A DNA stretch of 64,000 nt from Phycisphaerae bacterium (lineage in GTDB: Bacteria; Planctomycetota; Phycisphaerae; UBA1845; Fen-1342): contig CAXXWX010000001.1 in the NCBI GenBank assembly GCA_963675745.2, forward strand, positions 224,001 through 288,000, given 5' to 3'. The position numbers and the translations under genes were made by a program. The notes under the pieces are model-generated. The model was not told where the DNA came from and made no database searches. It worked only from the letters and a program-made list of their open reading frames with translations. Positions 1 to 12,531 of the stretch are shown in pieces. Each line of letters opens with the position of its first letter. Within the stretch, counting starts at the first letter, position 1.

Positions 1-182
1 CCAAGCACCGCACCGGTGAGCAGTCCGCGCGGTTCCGTACCATAGTGATAATCGACCCAATAGCCCACAAGAGTGAAGCCGATGACCGCGCCGCCCAGCT
101 CAAGCCCCATCCCGGCGAACCGCAGCGACGGGGACGCTCGCCCCGGGCGTGCTCGATTCTCGCCACGCTTGGGCGCTGTCAC
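1..182 (-). CDS. AtpZ/AtpI family (ATPase gene-1) membrane protein, runs off the left edge
   Basis: Not in the ORF track. Manual translation from GTG at 182 (GGAGG upstream) gives ...FAGMGLELGGAVIGFTLVGYWVDYHYGTEPRGLLTGAVLG, typical of the first gene of atp operons. Confidence 0.75.
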   Translation of the reverse strand, partial: MTAPKRGENRARPGRASPSLRFAGMGLELGGAVIGFTLVGYWVDYHYGTEPRGLLTGAVL

Positions 183-365
183 ACCACCGCCTCCGCACAT
201 TCGTCCCGGGCAGGGGCGCGAACTGTATAAGCGCGCGTGGGAATCGTCAAGCGCTGGCGACCGGACTGCCCGCCGCTTGAAAGCGCGCCCGCTGGCCTGC
301 GCGATTGGGTTCGGATACAGTTGGCTCCCTGAAATGTGTCTACTCGCGAAAAGGGGCCAAAAGCA

Positions 366-1763
366 ATGGCAGAAACACGTATCGAACGCGACTCGATGGG
401 GGAAATGGAGGTTCCCGCGGGAGCCTTTTATGGTGCCTCGACGCAGCGCGCCGTGCTCAATTTTCCGGTGAGCGGATATCGCTTCGGGCGCCCGTTCATC
501 AGGGCCATGGGGCTGATCAAATACGCCGCCGCGATGGCCAATGAGAAGCTCGGCAAGCTCGACGGCAAGCTGTCTAAGCTGATCAAACAGGCGGCTCGTG
601 AGGTGGCCGACGGACTGCACGACGAACATTTCGTCGTGGACATCTTTCAGACCGGCTCGGGCACCAGCACCAACATGAACGCCAACGAGGTCATCGCCAA
701 CCGCGCAATAGAAATCGCCGGCGGCAAGATCGGCTCAAAGGACCCAGTGCATCCCAATGATCACGTCAACATGGGACAATCCTCCAACGACGTGATCCCG
801 ACGGCCATGCACGTGGCGGCCGTGACGGCGCTGCACAAGGACCTCATGCCGGCCCTGCACCGTCTGCGCAACGCGCTGTCGGCGAAGGCCAAGGCCTGGG
901 ACGACATCGTCAAGATCGGCCGAACCCACCTCCAGGACGCCACCCCGATACGCCTCGGGCAGGAATTCAGCGGCTATGCCAGCCAGATCGCCCACGCCGA
1001 CCGGCGGATCATGAGCAAGGTGATCGCGCTGCGCGAGCTGCCCATCGGCGGCACCGCGGTCGGCACCGGCATCAACACGCACCCGCAGTTCGCCAAGCTG
1101 GTCTGCGAGGTTCTGAATCACGAAACGGGCGAGGAGTTCCACGAGGCGCCCAATCACTTTGAGGCCCAGGCCGCCAAGGACAGCTTCGTCGGTACCAGTG
1201 CGGTGCTGCGGACAGTGGCGCTGAGCCTGACCAAGATCGCCAACGACATCCGCCTGCTCGGCAGCGGACCGCGTTGCGGCATCGGCGAGCTGCTGTTGCC
1301 GGCGACGCAGCCGGGCAGCTCGATCATGCCGGGCAAGGTCAACCCGGTGATGTGCGAAGCCGTGCTCCAGGTGTGTGCCCAGGTGATGGGCAACGACCAG
1401 ACGGCGGCCTTTGCGGGGGCGATGCTGGGCACGTTTGACCTGCACGTCGGCATGCCGGTGATGACGCACGCGGTCCTGGAATCGATTCGGCTGATGACGA
1501 ACGTGAGTGATGTGTTCGTCGAGAAGTGCATCGACGGCCTGGAGCCGAATACGGAGCGCTGCGCGGCGTTGATCGAAGGCTCGCTGGCGATGTGTACCAG
1601 CCTGGCTCCGCACATTGGTTACGATGCCGCCGCCGCGATCGCCAAGGAAGCCTTCAAGAGCGGAAAGACGGTGCGCGAGGTCGCGCTTGAGCAGAAGGTG
1701 CTCGACGCGGCGAAGCTCAACGAGGTGCTGGACCCGCGCTCGATGACCGAGCCCAGCGCGTAG
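366..1763 (+). CDS. fumC: class II fumarate hydratase
   Basis: RIERDSMGE, QTGSGTSTNMNANEV, KIGRTHLQDATP and GSSIMPGKVNP signatures. Confidence 0.95.
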   Translation: MAETRIERDSMGEMEVPAGAFYGASTQRAVLNFPVSGYRFGRPFIRAMGLIKYAAAMANEKLGKLDGKLSKLIKQAAREVADGLHDEHFVVDIFQTGSGTSTNMNANEVIANRAIEIAGGKIGSKDPVHPNDHVNMGQSSNDVIPTAMHVAAVTALHKDLMPALHRLRNALSAKAKAWDDIVKIGRTHLQDATPIRLGQEFSGYASQIAHADRRIMSKVIALRELPIGGTAVGTGINTHPQFAKLVCEVLNHETGEEFHEAPNHFEAQAAKDSFVGTSAVLRTVALSLTKIANDIRLLGSGPRCGIGELLLPATQPGSSIMPGKVNPVMCEAVLQVCAQVMGNDQTAAFAGAMLGTFDLHVGMPVMTHAVLESIRLMTNVSDVFVEKCIDGLEPNTERCAALIEGSLAMCTSLAPHIGYDAAAAIAKEAFKSGKTVREVALEQKVLDAAKLNEVLDPRSMTEPSA

Positions 1764-1870
1764 CGCCGGGTCTCTGTGCCCGACGACGGTGCAGTCCAGC
1801 CAACTGCGGGGCGCTCAGTCCCCCACCCCGCGCTGCGCGACGGGATGTGGCACCCGGCCGACGGTGTGCG

Positions 1871-1980
1871 GTGTGCCACGGCTCTGTGAGCCGTGCTTGG
1901 TTAACGGGCGTTCGACACACGGCTTACAAAGCCGTGGCAAGCTGCTGCTGGTGGGTGCCCCGCGGCTTGCCGTGGGGCAC
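1871..1980. repeat. REP-like inverted doublet (GTGTGCCACGGCTCTGTGAGCCGTG family) plus a GTGCCCC-CGGCTTGCCGTGGGGCAC hairpin
   Basis: 1871-1895 with an imperfect inverted copy at 1918-1939; the same 25-mer recurs at 2904 and 55787. Confidence 0.8.
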
Positions 1981-2016
1981 GGACACGATTGTGCCGCATC
2001 CACTGGAGGAACCACG

Positions 2017-2772
2017 ATGGCTGACGACACCGAACCCACACTCCCGCCTGACCTGGGTGGGCCGGTCACAACGCATTACGCCTCCGCACTAGACACCCCC
2101 GTACGCACCGGCATGGCGACAACCTCGCTGGTGCTTGGCATTCTCGCGCTGATCCCAGGGGCGTGCCTACCAATCGCCGGCCAATTGCTCGGCCTGATCG
2201 CGATCATCCTGGGCATCATCGCCTTGACCAGAAGTTCGGCCGAACCGCTGCTTTACGGCGGCAGAGGCAAGGCCATCGGCGGTATCTGCACCGGCGGCGC
2301 GTCGCTCGTGATCGTTGTGCCGGTGCTGCTGATGATCTCGATTCTGTTGCCATCCCTGGCGCGCGCGCGGGAATTGGCCAAGCGGGCCGTGTGCCGGGCG
2401 AACCTGCGCGGCATCGGCCAGGCGTGTCTTGTGTACGCAGCAGATGACGCCAGAGATTCCTTTCCACTGAACCTTCAGATGCTCATCACCGATGGATCCG
2501 TAGGCCCGGAGGTGCTTACGTCACCGTTGGATCCAAACGCACGGGCGGTGAGCTACTCCTATGTGACCGGGCTGACTGAAGACGATCAGGATGACTGGAT
2601 CGTGGCTTTTGCCAATCCGGCCTATTCCAACGGCGAAGGCGCCAGCATGCTCTTTCTGGACGGCCACGTCGAATTCGTCAAAGAGCCGAATTTCACCGGC
2701 TTTCTGGACGCATTCAAGAAGGAATACGAAGCCGCGCGCGGTGAGCCGCCGGTGATATTACCGCCGCAGTGA
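2017..2772 (+). CDS. DUF4190-type membrane protein with DUF1559-like/H-X9-DG C-terminal module
   Basis: GGAGGA RBS; SLVLGIL..GRGKAIGGI, LLPSLARARELAKRAVCRANLRGIG, GASMLFLDGHV. Confidence 0.8.
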   Translation: MADDTEPTLPPDLGGPVTTHYASALDTPVRTGMATTSLVLGILALIPGACLPIAGQLLGLIAIILGIIALTRSSAEPLLYGGRGKAIGGICTGGASLVIVVPVLLMISILLPSLARARELAKRAVCRANLRGIGQACLVYAADDARDSFPLNLQMLITDGSVGPEVLTSPLDPNARAVSYSYVTGLTEDDQDDWIVAFANPAYSNGEGASMLFLDGHVEFVKEPNFTGFLDAFKKEYEAARGEPPVILPPQ

Positions 2773-2795
2773 CGGCAGGCGACGCAGGCCACCGG

Positions 2796-2966
2796 GTGCC
2801 CCACGGCTTGCCGTGGGGGACGGACGGGCGGCAGCAGTTGATTACGCAAACTGGGAGAGTCAGTGCCGCAGCCCATGGGCTGGGGCACCCGCACATCGTG
2901 TGGGTGTGCCACGGCTCTGTGAGCCGTGGGCCGCGTGTGGACAGCACGGCGCGCAGAGCCGTGGCA
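2796..2966. repeat. REP-like cluster, same two families as 1871-1980
   Basis: GTGCCCCACGGCTTGCCGTGGGG at 2796; GTGTGCCACGGCTCTGTGAGCCGTG at 2904-2928 with an inverted copy at 2945-2966. Confidence 0.8.
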
Positions 2967-3061
2967 TGCGTTGGGGGGTGATTGCGGGACAGTTGGGATC
3001 ATGCACAATGGACGAGGCCGGCGGCCAGGGGGTCGCGGTCCATCTCTTGTTGGAGCGAGCC

Positions 3062-3850
3062 ATGTCTGACACACCGCGCCCAGCGCATACCGCCGACACC
3101 AAACTGGCGGCCGCCGCCCTGGTTCTTGGTTTGCTCGCATTCGTGCGGGCTATCTTCCCACTACCGGCCGAAGCATTACTTGGTATGGCGGCGATTCTGC
3201 TGGGCGTGCTGAGCTTATTGCGCGCGACGAACCGATCGCCGATGCACGCCGCCAAGCCGCTCGCGGTGATCGCAATCTGCGCCGGTGTCGTCGCCCTCGT
3301 ATTGGTGCCGCTCGGGCAGGCGATGGGCCCACGTGGCGGCGCGGGGACGATCGATCACCGGGCCATCCGACAGGCCGTTTTTGACGGCCTCGATGAGTAT
3401 CGCGCACAGAGCGAACAATCACCCGAGATGGCCAAGGCACGCGAGCAAGCCGCACGCGTGCGCTGTGCGGCCAATCTGCGCTCCATCGGTCAGGCGCTGA
3501 TGATTTACTCCAATGAATTCATGGAGGAAGTGCCCGCGCAGCTCACCATGCTGGACACCGAACTCGGCTACCTGCGCCCCGCCCAGTTGCGCTCGCCGTT
3601 GAACGAGAAACAGGACCGCGCGTGCGACTATTTCTTCGTGCAGGAAAGCCGACGGCGGAACCGCAACAAGAATTGGCTGATGGCCTGGGGTGATCCGGCG
3701 TACACCGACGGCGCCGGCGCCAGCGTGCTATACACCGACGGCCACACCGAGTTTCTCGAACAGCCCAAGTTCGACGAGGTGATGGAGCGCTTCCTGCGCG
3801 AGTTCCAAGAGAAGAACAAACGCGAGCCCAAGATCATCAAACCGCAGTGA
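3062..3850 (+). CDS. paralogous DUF4190-like/H-X9-DG membrane protein
   Basis: N-terminal TM helices, AKAREQAARVRCAANLRSIGQA, GASVLYTDGH, and the same C-terminal I.PQ end as the upstream gene. Confidence 0.75.
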   Translation: MSDTPRPAHTADTKLAAAALVLGLLAFVRAIFPLPAEALLGMAAILLGVLSLLRATNRSPMHAAKPLAVIAICAGVVALVLVPLGQAMGPRGGAGTIDHRAIRQAVFDGLDEYRAQSEQSPEMAKAREQAARVRCAANLRSIGQALMIYSNEFMEEVPAQLTMLDTELGYLRPAQLRSPLNEKQDRACDYFFVQESRRRNRNKNWLMAWGDPAYTDGAGASVLYTDGHTEFLEQPKFDEVMERFLREFQEKNKREPKIIKPQ

Positions 3851-3862
3851 TTGCGTGAGAAA

Positions 3863-3981
3863 AAGGGACTAAGGGACTAAGGGACTAAGGGTTGGCAATC
3901 GAGTGCGAGCCTCAATCCCATAGTCCCTCATTCCCGTAGTCCCTTTGTTCCCTGTTCCCCGTTCCCCGTTCCCTGTTCCCC
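3863..3981. repeat. short tandem 8-mer (AAGGGACT x3) and 7-mer (GTTCCCY x5) arrays, partly inverted
   Basis: Read directly between the converging gene ends. Confidence 0.85.
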
Positions 3982-3985
3982 GCCT

Positions 3986-5255
3986 TTACGTTCCTTCGCC
4001 CGAACTCGCCAGATATATCTTCTGCACGCTGGTGAGCTTGTCGATGGCCACGTTCATCGACTGGAGTTTGAGCTTGGCGACCTGGTCTTCGATCTTGCTC
4101 GGCACGTCATGCACACATATATCGAACTTGCGGCCGCGCTTCGCCGCCCATTCGGCGCATAAGGCCTGGGTCGCGAAGCTCATGTCCATCACGCTGGCCG
4201 GATGGCCCGTAGCCGCGCTGAGATTTACCAGGCGGCCCTCGGCAAGCAGGAAAATGCTCTTCTTGCCGGTGATGACATACTCGTCGACGTTGGTGCGCAC
4301 GCCCTTGATGACCTTCTTGGACATCTTGCTTCAGCGCCGGGATATCTATCTCGACGTCGAAGTGCCCGCTGTTGCAGACCATGGCGCCGTTGGGCATCTT
4401 GCGGAAGTGCTCGCCCCGCAACACGTGCTTGTTGCCGGTGACGGTGATAAACAGCTCGCCGAACGTGGCGGCTTCGCTCATCGGACGGACGTCGAATCCG
4501 TCCATGACGGCTTCGAGGGCCTTCAGCGGATCGATTTCGGTGACGGTGACCAGTGCGCCGGCCCCGCGTGCCCGCATGGCCACGCCGCGCCCGCACCAGC
4601 CATAACCGACGACGACGGTTTTCTTGCCGGCCAGCAGCGTATCAGTCGCGCGGACGACACCGTCAAGCGTGCTCTGGCCCGTACCGTAGCGATTGTCGAA
4701 GAGGTGCTTGGTGGTGGCATCGTTGACGGCGATGACGGGGAAGGCGAGGTCGCCGTCCTTTTCCATCGCGCGCAGTCGGATCACGCCGGTGGTGGTTTCT
4801 TCCATGCTGGCGACGATGGTCTTCGCCTGCGCGGCGCGCTTGGTATGCAGCAGGTTCACCAGGTCAGCGCCGTCGTCCATCGTAATCTGCGGCTTGGTGT
4901 CCAGCACGGAGTTGAGGTGGTCGTAAAAGACCTTCACATTTTCGCCGCGCCGGGCGTAGACGGAAATTCCGAAGTCCTTGACCAGGCTGGCGGCGGTGGG
5001 ATCCTGGGTGCTGAGCGGGTTTGAAGCGCAGAGGGCGACCTCGGCTCCGCCTTCCTTGAGTGTCCGCATCAGATTGGCGGTCTCGCTGGTGACGTGCATG
5101 CAGCAGCCGGTGCGCACGCCTTTCAGCGGTTTCTGCTTCCTGAAGCGCTCGCGAATCAGCGCCAGTACGGGCATGTCACGATCGGCCCAGAGGATTTTCT
5201 TCTTGCCTTCCGGCGCCAGCCGGAGATCAGTTACGTCGCAGCGCGCTTTTGCCAT
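3986..5255 (-). pseudogene. ahcY: adenosylhomocysteinase, split by a single-base frameshift at ~4328
   Basis: [46 protein letters not shown]; the C-terminus [17 protein letters not shown] lies in another frame. Confidence 0.9.
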
Positions 5256-5422
5256 TGCTCTCACACTCCCTTCTGAGCAGTGAGCGTTTATTGTCGGTGT
5301 GGCCGGCCGGCGGTCGGCCGGACAGCGCGGTCGCATGACCGCACAAGTACGAATCGTGGAAATTAACCGGGATTGGTGACGCCGACAACCACCCGAGAAG
5401 TGGAAGCTACCTTCGGCGGTCG

Positions 5423-5860
5423 TCAGCGTACGGGCATATCGGGTTGCGAACAGAGCTCGGCTATCGTCGTCAGGAGTTGGCGGCGATCGATCGGCTTGCT
5501 GACGTGTTCATCACAACCGGCCTCGAGGCACTTCTCTCGGTCGCTGGACATTGCATGCGCTGTCAGCGCGATGATCGGGCAGTTGAAGCCGCGCTGGCGC
5601 AGCTCGCCGGCCGCCTCGTAGCCGTCCATGACGGGCATCTGCATGTCCAGCAGAATGATGTCGAATGGGCGTGCGTCGTTGCCTTGTGTTGCGGCCATTG
5701 CCATGTCGATGGCTTCGCGACCGTTTTCCGCAACTGACACCTCCGCCCCCGCGCGGCGCAGCAGCAGCGTGATCAGTCGCTGATTGTCGGGTCCGTCCTC
5801 GGCCAGCAATATCCGGCAATCGAGCGACGGCATGTCCGCTGTCGGCCGCTCCGTACGCAT
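5423..5860 (-). CDS. response-regulator receiver domain, probably the C-terminus of a frameshifted hybrid kinase
   Basis: [37 protein letters not shown]. Confidence 0.8.
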   Translation of the reverse strand: MRTERPTADMPSLDCRILLAEDGPDNQRLITLLLRRAGAEVSVAENGREAIDMAMAATQGNDARPFDIILLDMQMPVMDGYEAAGELRQRGFNCPIIALTAHAMSSDREKCLEAGCDEHVSKPIDRRQLLTTIAELCSQPDMPVR

Positions 5861-7086
5861 TGCGACGCAACCGCCAGATCCGCGCCGCCCTCAGCGATCT
5901 TCACGTTCCGCAACGAGCCGATCGCAACCGTGATCCGGAAGGTACTACCCACACCCACCCGGCTCTCGACCTGGACGTCGCCCCCCATTGACCGCGCCAG
6001 CCGGCGGCTGATGGTGAGACCTAGTCCCGTGCCCCCATACTTCCTCGTCGTCGACACATCCGTCTGCGTAAAGGGCTCAAACAGATCGGCAAGCGCGCTC
6101 GCGGGCATCCCGATCCCCGTGTCGCTCACGTCGAACCGCAGCATCGCTTTGTCCGGCGATTCCTCGACCAGGCCCACAGTAACGCACACGCTACCTGAGG
6201 TTGTGAACTTGACGGCGTTGCCAATGACGTTGACCAGAATCTGCCGCAGGCGTGTCGGATCGGTCTGGATGACCTCGGGAACCGGACCGGCGCAATTGAT
6301 CGTGAAGCTCAGCCCCTTGGCTTTGGCACGGCTGCGCATGAGCGAATCAACTTCGGCCAGCAACTGCGCCAGCGGATAGGACGTGTGCTCGATCTGAAGC
6401 CGTCCAGCCTCGATCTTGGACAAATCGAGAATGTCATTGATGAGGTGCAGCAGGTGTGTTCCGTTGCGACGGATCGTATCAACCGCCTCAAGCGCTTCCT
6501 CCGACACACTCGCCCCGCGCAGTTGCTCATCCAACTCGTCGGCGAAGCCCAGGATCCCCGTCATGGGCGTGCGAATCTCATGGCTCATGTTTGCCAGAAA
6601 AGCGCTCTTGAGACGATTGGCCTCTTCGGCGGCGTCCAGAGCCTCTGTAAGCTGGTAATTGGCAGCCGCCAGACGCTTTTGTTGCGCCCCCAGTTCCCGC
6701 GCCTGAACGTTGAGTTCAGTGTTCTGCCGTTCGAGCAACGCCGCCTGCTGGCGCAACTGGTCCTCGGCCTGCGCCCGGCGCCGAATCTCCTCCTTTGATT
6801 CTCTCCAGCGTCGCAGCGAAAAAACGATGAGCGACAGCGCCACAACCACGCTCGCGCTCAGGAACTCGTCCAGTTCCCAGTCCTCGTGCGCGCGGGAGAA
6901 CTGTACGAAACGCTCGAAGACTTCATGCCGCCTCGACAGGAATATGGCACACGCCGAAACCGCCGCCAGAACCAGCATATCCCTAACAACGGGCGGCAAG
7001 CGGAGAAGTCGCGTGACGGCCCCGGTCTGTGTAGCCTGGTGGCGTTCGTCTGTGGTCACGGCGTACCGACCCAACTCCCCCGCCAC
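5773..7086 (-). CDS. membrane sensor histidine kinase (HisKA + HATPase); start uncertain
   Basis: Two TM helices, [32 protein letters not shown]. Confidence 0.85.
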   Translation of the reverse strand: MAGELGRYAVTTDERHQATQTGAVTRLLRLPPVVRDMLVLAAVSACAIFLSRRHEVFERFVQFSRAHEDWELDEFLSASVVVALSLIVFSLRRWRESKEEIRRRAQAEDQLRQQAALLERQNTELNVQARELGAQQKRLAAANYQLTEALDAAEEANRLKSAFLANMSHEIRTPMTGILGFADELDEQLRGASVSEEALEAVDTIRRNGTHLLHLINDILDLSKIEAGRLQIEHTSYPLAQLLAEVDSLMRSRAKAKGLSFTINCAGPVPEVIQTDPTRLRQILVNVIGNAVKFTTSGSVCVTVGLVEESPDKAMLRFDVSDTGIGMPASALADLFEPFTQTDVSTTRKYGGTGLGLTISRRLARSMGGDVQVESRVGVGSTFRITVAIGSLRNVKIAEGGADLAVASQCVRSGRQRTCRRSIAGYCWPRTDPTISD

Positions 7087-7349
7087 GATACAGCGCTTTG
7101 GCTGTTATCGACGCAGAACGTGACGGGGCTTGAGCGGCGTCAACCGAATGGGCCATAGCGAGCCGGCCGACGGCACTGATAATATGGTCCGGTAATCCGG
7201 CGGATGTGTGGGTCGCTTCGCCGGCAACACAATCGCAACAAAAGCCAAGCCCCGCATGCGAGCACGCGCGGCGTGACGCCGCACATTCGCAATCACGGGG
7301 CTCGGAAACCCACGTCCGTACGTGGGACAGCTACGTTTCAATCAGTCGC

Positions 7350-8816
7350 CTAATCGGCGAGCCTCTTGGGCGCCCGCAGCATGAGGCCGATCACCGCGGC
7401 GACCAGGCAGGAGACGCCGGCGATGATGAACGGCGTTTGCCACGCGTTGGCCGATACCGAGGCCAGGAAATCCTGTGCGGACGCATCATCGGCGAGCTTG
7501 GTAGCCGCGGCCTTCGCGGCATCCTTGAAATACCCGGCCACGTATGGCCCGGCAATACCGGCAATGCCGTACGCCAGGAACACGAACGGGTAATTCGTGC
7601 CCACGCGCTTGTTGCCGAAGAAGTCGGCCGTCGCCGCGGGGAACAGGGCGAAGTTGCCACCGAAGTTGAAGCCGATGATACAGGCCCACACGATCAGGCC
7701 GAGAGGTGTTCTTCCAACATAGAAGAAGCTCAGCATGATGATGCCCTGAATCAGGCACATCAGGAAGAGGGCGGTCTTACGCCCGATCTTGTCCGACACG
7801 GTCCCCCAGACGATGCGCCCGAGTCCGTTCAGAATGGCGTACCACGCCATGGCGGTTCCGGCTATCGCGCCGGCCCACTTGGTGAATTCGGCGGCGATGT
7901 CGACGCCTTCACTCTCGAACGTCAATCCGCGCTCGGCCAGCGACGCCGTCACGTCCTTGAGCGCCGCGGCACCCTGGTGCACCAGCAGGCTGTCAACGCC
8001 GAACAAGCGGATGCAGTAGATGACCATTAGCCCGGCGAGTGCCGAACCGGTGAACATGAGCAGCAGGCCCCAGTACTGGGGGATTGCAACCATCTGGCCG
8101 ACCGTGAGGTCGACGCCGCCGCTTGAGGTGGCTGCGGCGCTGCCCGCCGTGGGCGGGTTCCAACCGGCGGGCTTCCAGCCGGCGGGCGGATTCACCATGA
8201 CGGCACTGCCGATCAGGACCATGACGAGAAAGACGGCGCCATAGATGACGAACACGCTCTGCACGCCCGGCAACCCGAACAACTCCGTTGTGTTGAGCAA
8301 TCCGCCAAACCAGCTACCAGCCAGTTTGACCCAGATCGTAGCGCCGAAGCCGAATCCGGCCACCGCCAACCCGGTGATCATCCCCTTCTTGTCGGGGAAC
8401 CACTTAACGCAGACGGCGATGGGGACGACGTAGGCCAGGCCGATACCGGCACCGCCGATCAGGCCAATGCAGACAAACTGCTGCATGAAGGCGGAACCGA
8501 TGAATCCACCCAGGATGTAGCCGACGCCAAGGACGATCCCACCGACAACAGCAACGATCCGGGGTCCGGATTTGGCCTGCCAGCGTCCGGCGAAGAGCAT
8601 GACGAATGCAAAGGATGCCAGGCCGGCCGAGAAGATGGCCGCGGTCTGCTTGTTTGAGAACGCATAGTCGCCGCCGGCAAGCTCGAGTTTCTTTGTGAAC
8701 ACGCTCCAGGCGTAAATCGCGCCGAGGGCGAGCTGAATCAAGATCGCCCCCACTACCACCAGCCAGCGGTTCATCACTGGCTGCCCGTGCCCGTCAGCGC
8801 TGTTTCCCTCTGTCAT
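7350..8816 (-). CDS. OFA (oxalate:formate antiporter-like) MFS transporter
   Basis: LGAIYAWSVF, KWFPDKKGMITGLAVAGFG, NGLGRIVWGTVSDKIGR. Confidence 0.9.
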   Translation of the reverse strand: MTEGNSADGHGQPVMNRWLVVVGAILIQLALGAIYAWSVFTKKLELAGGDYAFSNKQTAAIFSAGLASFAFVMLFAGRWQAKSGPRIVAVVGGIVLGVGYILGGFIGSAFMQQFVCIGLIGGAGIGLAYVVPIAVCVKWFPDKKGMITGLAVAGFGFGATIWVKLAGSWFGGLLNTTELFGLPGVQSVFVIYGAVFLVMVLIGSAVMVNPPAGWKPAGWNPPTAGSAAATSSGGVDLTVGQMVAIPQYWGLLLMFTGSALAGLMVIYCIRLFGVDSLLVHQGAAALKDVTASLAERGLTFESEGVDIAAEFTKWAGAIAGTAMAWYAILNGLGRIVWGTVSDKIGRKTALFLMCLIQGIIMLSFFYVGRTPLGLIVWACIIGFNFGGNFALFPAATADFFGNKRVGTNYPFVFLAYGIAGIAGPYVAGYFKDAAKAAATKLADDASAQDFLASVSANAWQTPFIIAGVSCLVAAVIGLMLRAPKRLAD

Positions 8817-8925
8817 ATTCTCTTCTCCTCTTGTGAGAACGCGACCATGGCGCGGCGACGAATGTGCTTGCCGCTGGTGTGAGAACCGCTGGTGCCGTTA
8901 ACCGCTGGTGCTGGTGCAAACCACT

Positions 8926-9004
8926 GGTGCGAGAATCCTTTCTCGCACCCATACCCGGGGAATCACTTCCCACGGCCATAGGTGCGAGATAGGAAACTCG
9001 CACC
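8926..9004. repeat. pair of GGTGCGAG...CTCGCACC palindromes
   Basis: Hairpins at 8926-8949 and 8981-9004 between acs and the MFS gene. Confidence 0.65.
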
Positions 9005-9076
9005 AGCACCGGCCGGCACTCGCACCAGCAACACTGCTCGACAGCAGTGGCACACCGGCCGGGATATTCTCCGCCC

Positions 9077-11011
<1,935 letters not shown>

Positions 11012-11097
11012 CACGATCTCCTGTAAAGCTGATTACGCGACCTGCAATCATCCGTTCCCGTTTGAGCACAGCCCTCAGCCGTGTTACGGTCGTCACA

Positions 11098-12531
11098 CTA
11101 GAATGTCACCCGCGCGCGAAAGCCCAGTACGACTGCATCCTTGTTGGACCGCAGTCCGCCGGGATCACGAATGTACTGGATATCCGGGGAAAAGGTCAGC
11201 CACGGCGTGAGCTGGAAGCTGTAGTACAGCTCGTAACCGGTCTCGCCGTAGAAATCACTGTTTACCTCGCGTTTGTATTCGTGCGAGGCCAGCGCCTGGT
11301 ACATGCCGAAGCCGGCGCGATCCTTGTCGCGCTCTGGAATCGGCCCCAGATACTCAACGCCGGTCGACCAGAAGTGGCCGATGCGGTTGACGTTGCCGCG
11401 GCGGAAGCCATAGCGGCAGAACCAACCCAGGCCCTGGTCATCCTCCGGGCTTTCGCGAAAGAGCTTCTGGTCGAAACTCAGATAGAACCCGTAGTCGCCA
11501 CGCTCATAATCCGGCTCGGCGCGGCCGCCGAGTTGACTACCGAATATCTCCTTGCGCCGCGGGTCGTATATCAGGCCGAAGCGGTAGTTGCCGGCCAGAT
11601 CGCCGTTGGGCCCCGGAATCTTCGGGCGCAGCTCGGTGTGGAGATAGCCGAAGTACGTCGCCTCATCATGGAAGGCCGTATCGAGCCCGGTGCGGAAGAT
11701 ACGGGCGTCGCCGTCGGACGCGCCGATGGCAAACCCGAGCCACTCGGTCGGATCCCAGAACAGCACCGCCCCCAACCCGATGGTGAGCGGCACGATGGCG
11801 TTGTCGTTGTCCAGGTACGTGTTAAAGAACTGCTTGTCCTCGGAGTTGGCGTAGGCGTTACGGTCAAACGCCATCTGCTGGTCGAGATAGCCGACTCGCA
11901 GCTTCAATTTGTCCTTGATCAGCGTCTGCTGGTATTGCAGCACGTCGATGTAGATCACCTTGTCGCCGTCCGCGTCATCGAAGGGGTCGGCCAAGGCACC
12001 CACTTTGGGGTTGATGTTGCGGCTGAAGTGCCCCTTGGGCCAGACGAACAGCTCGCCGCCGGGAATCAGCCCCATCTTCTCGAAGTCCAGGAACAGGTGC
12101 AGATCCAGCGTTGCACTGTTGCGTTGGGCATTGTTGAGATCCTGGCCACCCTGGAGCAGAATCCCGTAGAAGTGGTTGTAATAAAGATTGATCTTCACGC
12201 CCACGTCTTCCAGTTCGGGGCGTACGCCGCCCCAATCACCGGTCAATCGCGGCGTGGTGAGAATATTGTACGGCTCGCGCGCCGGCGGCGGCGGAGGCGG
12301 TGGTTCGGCGTCGGTTGATTCCGCGTCGGCGGGCAGCGCTGCGTCGGCCGGCACCGCCTCATCGTTCGTCGCCGAAGGCTCGTCGGCAACAAGTCCCATC
12401 GGCGCTGCCGCCAGCAGAGCCAGCAGCGCGACGACAGCCATCCATTGTGGCAGATACCCTCCAGGGGTGTGGCGGGTTCCGCGGTTGTTCCCAGCAATGC
12501 ACCAATCACAACGGACGTTTCGCCGCAACAT
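11098..12531 (-). CDS. OprB-family carbohydrate-selective porin
   Basis: LTGDWGGVR, ELYYSFQLTPWLTFSPDIQYIRDPGG, terminal Phe. Confidence 0.85.
   Translation of the reverse strand: MLRRNVRCDWCIAGNNRGTRHTPGGYLPQWMAVVALLALLAAAPMGLVADEPSATNDEAVPADAALPADAESTDAEPPPPPPPAREPYNILTTPRLTGDWGGVRPELEDVGVKINLYYNHFYGILLQGGQDLNNAQRNSATLDLHLFLDFEKMGLIPGGELFVWPKGHFSRNINPKVGALADPFDDADGDKVIYIDVLQYQQTLIKDKLKLRVGYLDQQMAFDRNAYANSEDKQFFNTYLDNDNAIVPLTIGLGAVLFWDPTEWLGFAIGASDGDARIFRTGLDTAFHDEATYFGYLHTELRPKIPGPNGDLAGNYRFGLIYDPRRKEIFGSQLGGRAEPDYERGDYGFYLSFDQKLFRESPEDDQGLGWFCRYGFRRGNVNRIGHFWSTGVEYLGPIPERDKDRAGFGMYQALASHEYKREVNSDFYGETGYELYYSFQLTPWLTFSPDIQYIRDPGGLRSNKDAVVLGFRARVTF

Noticed and set aside
5256..5420. SAH riboswitch upstream of ahcY
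   Set aside because: An AACGCTCAC-like 3' part is present, but I found no GAGGAGCG core
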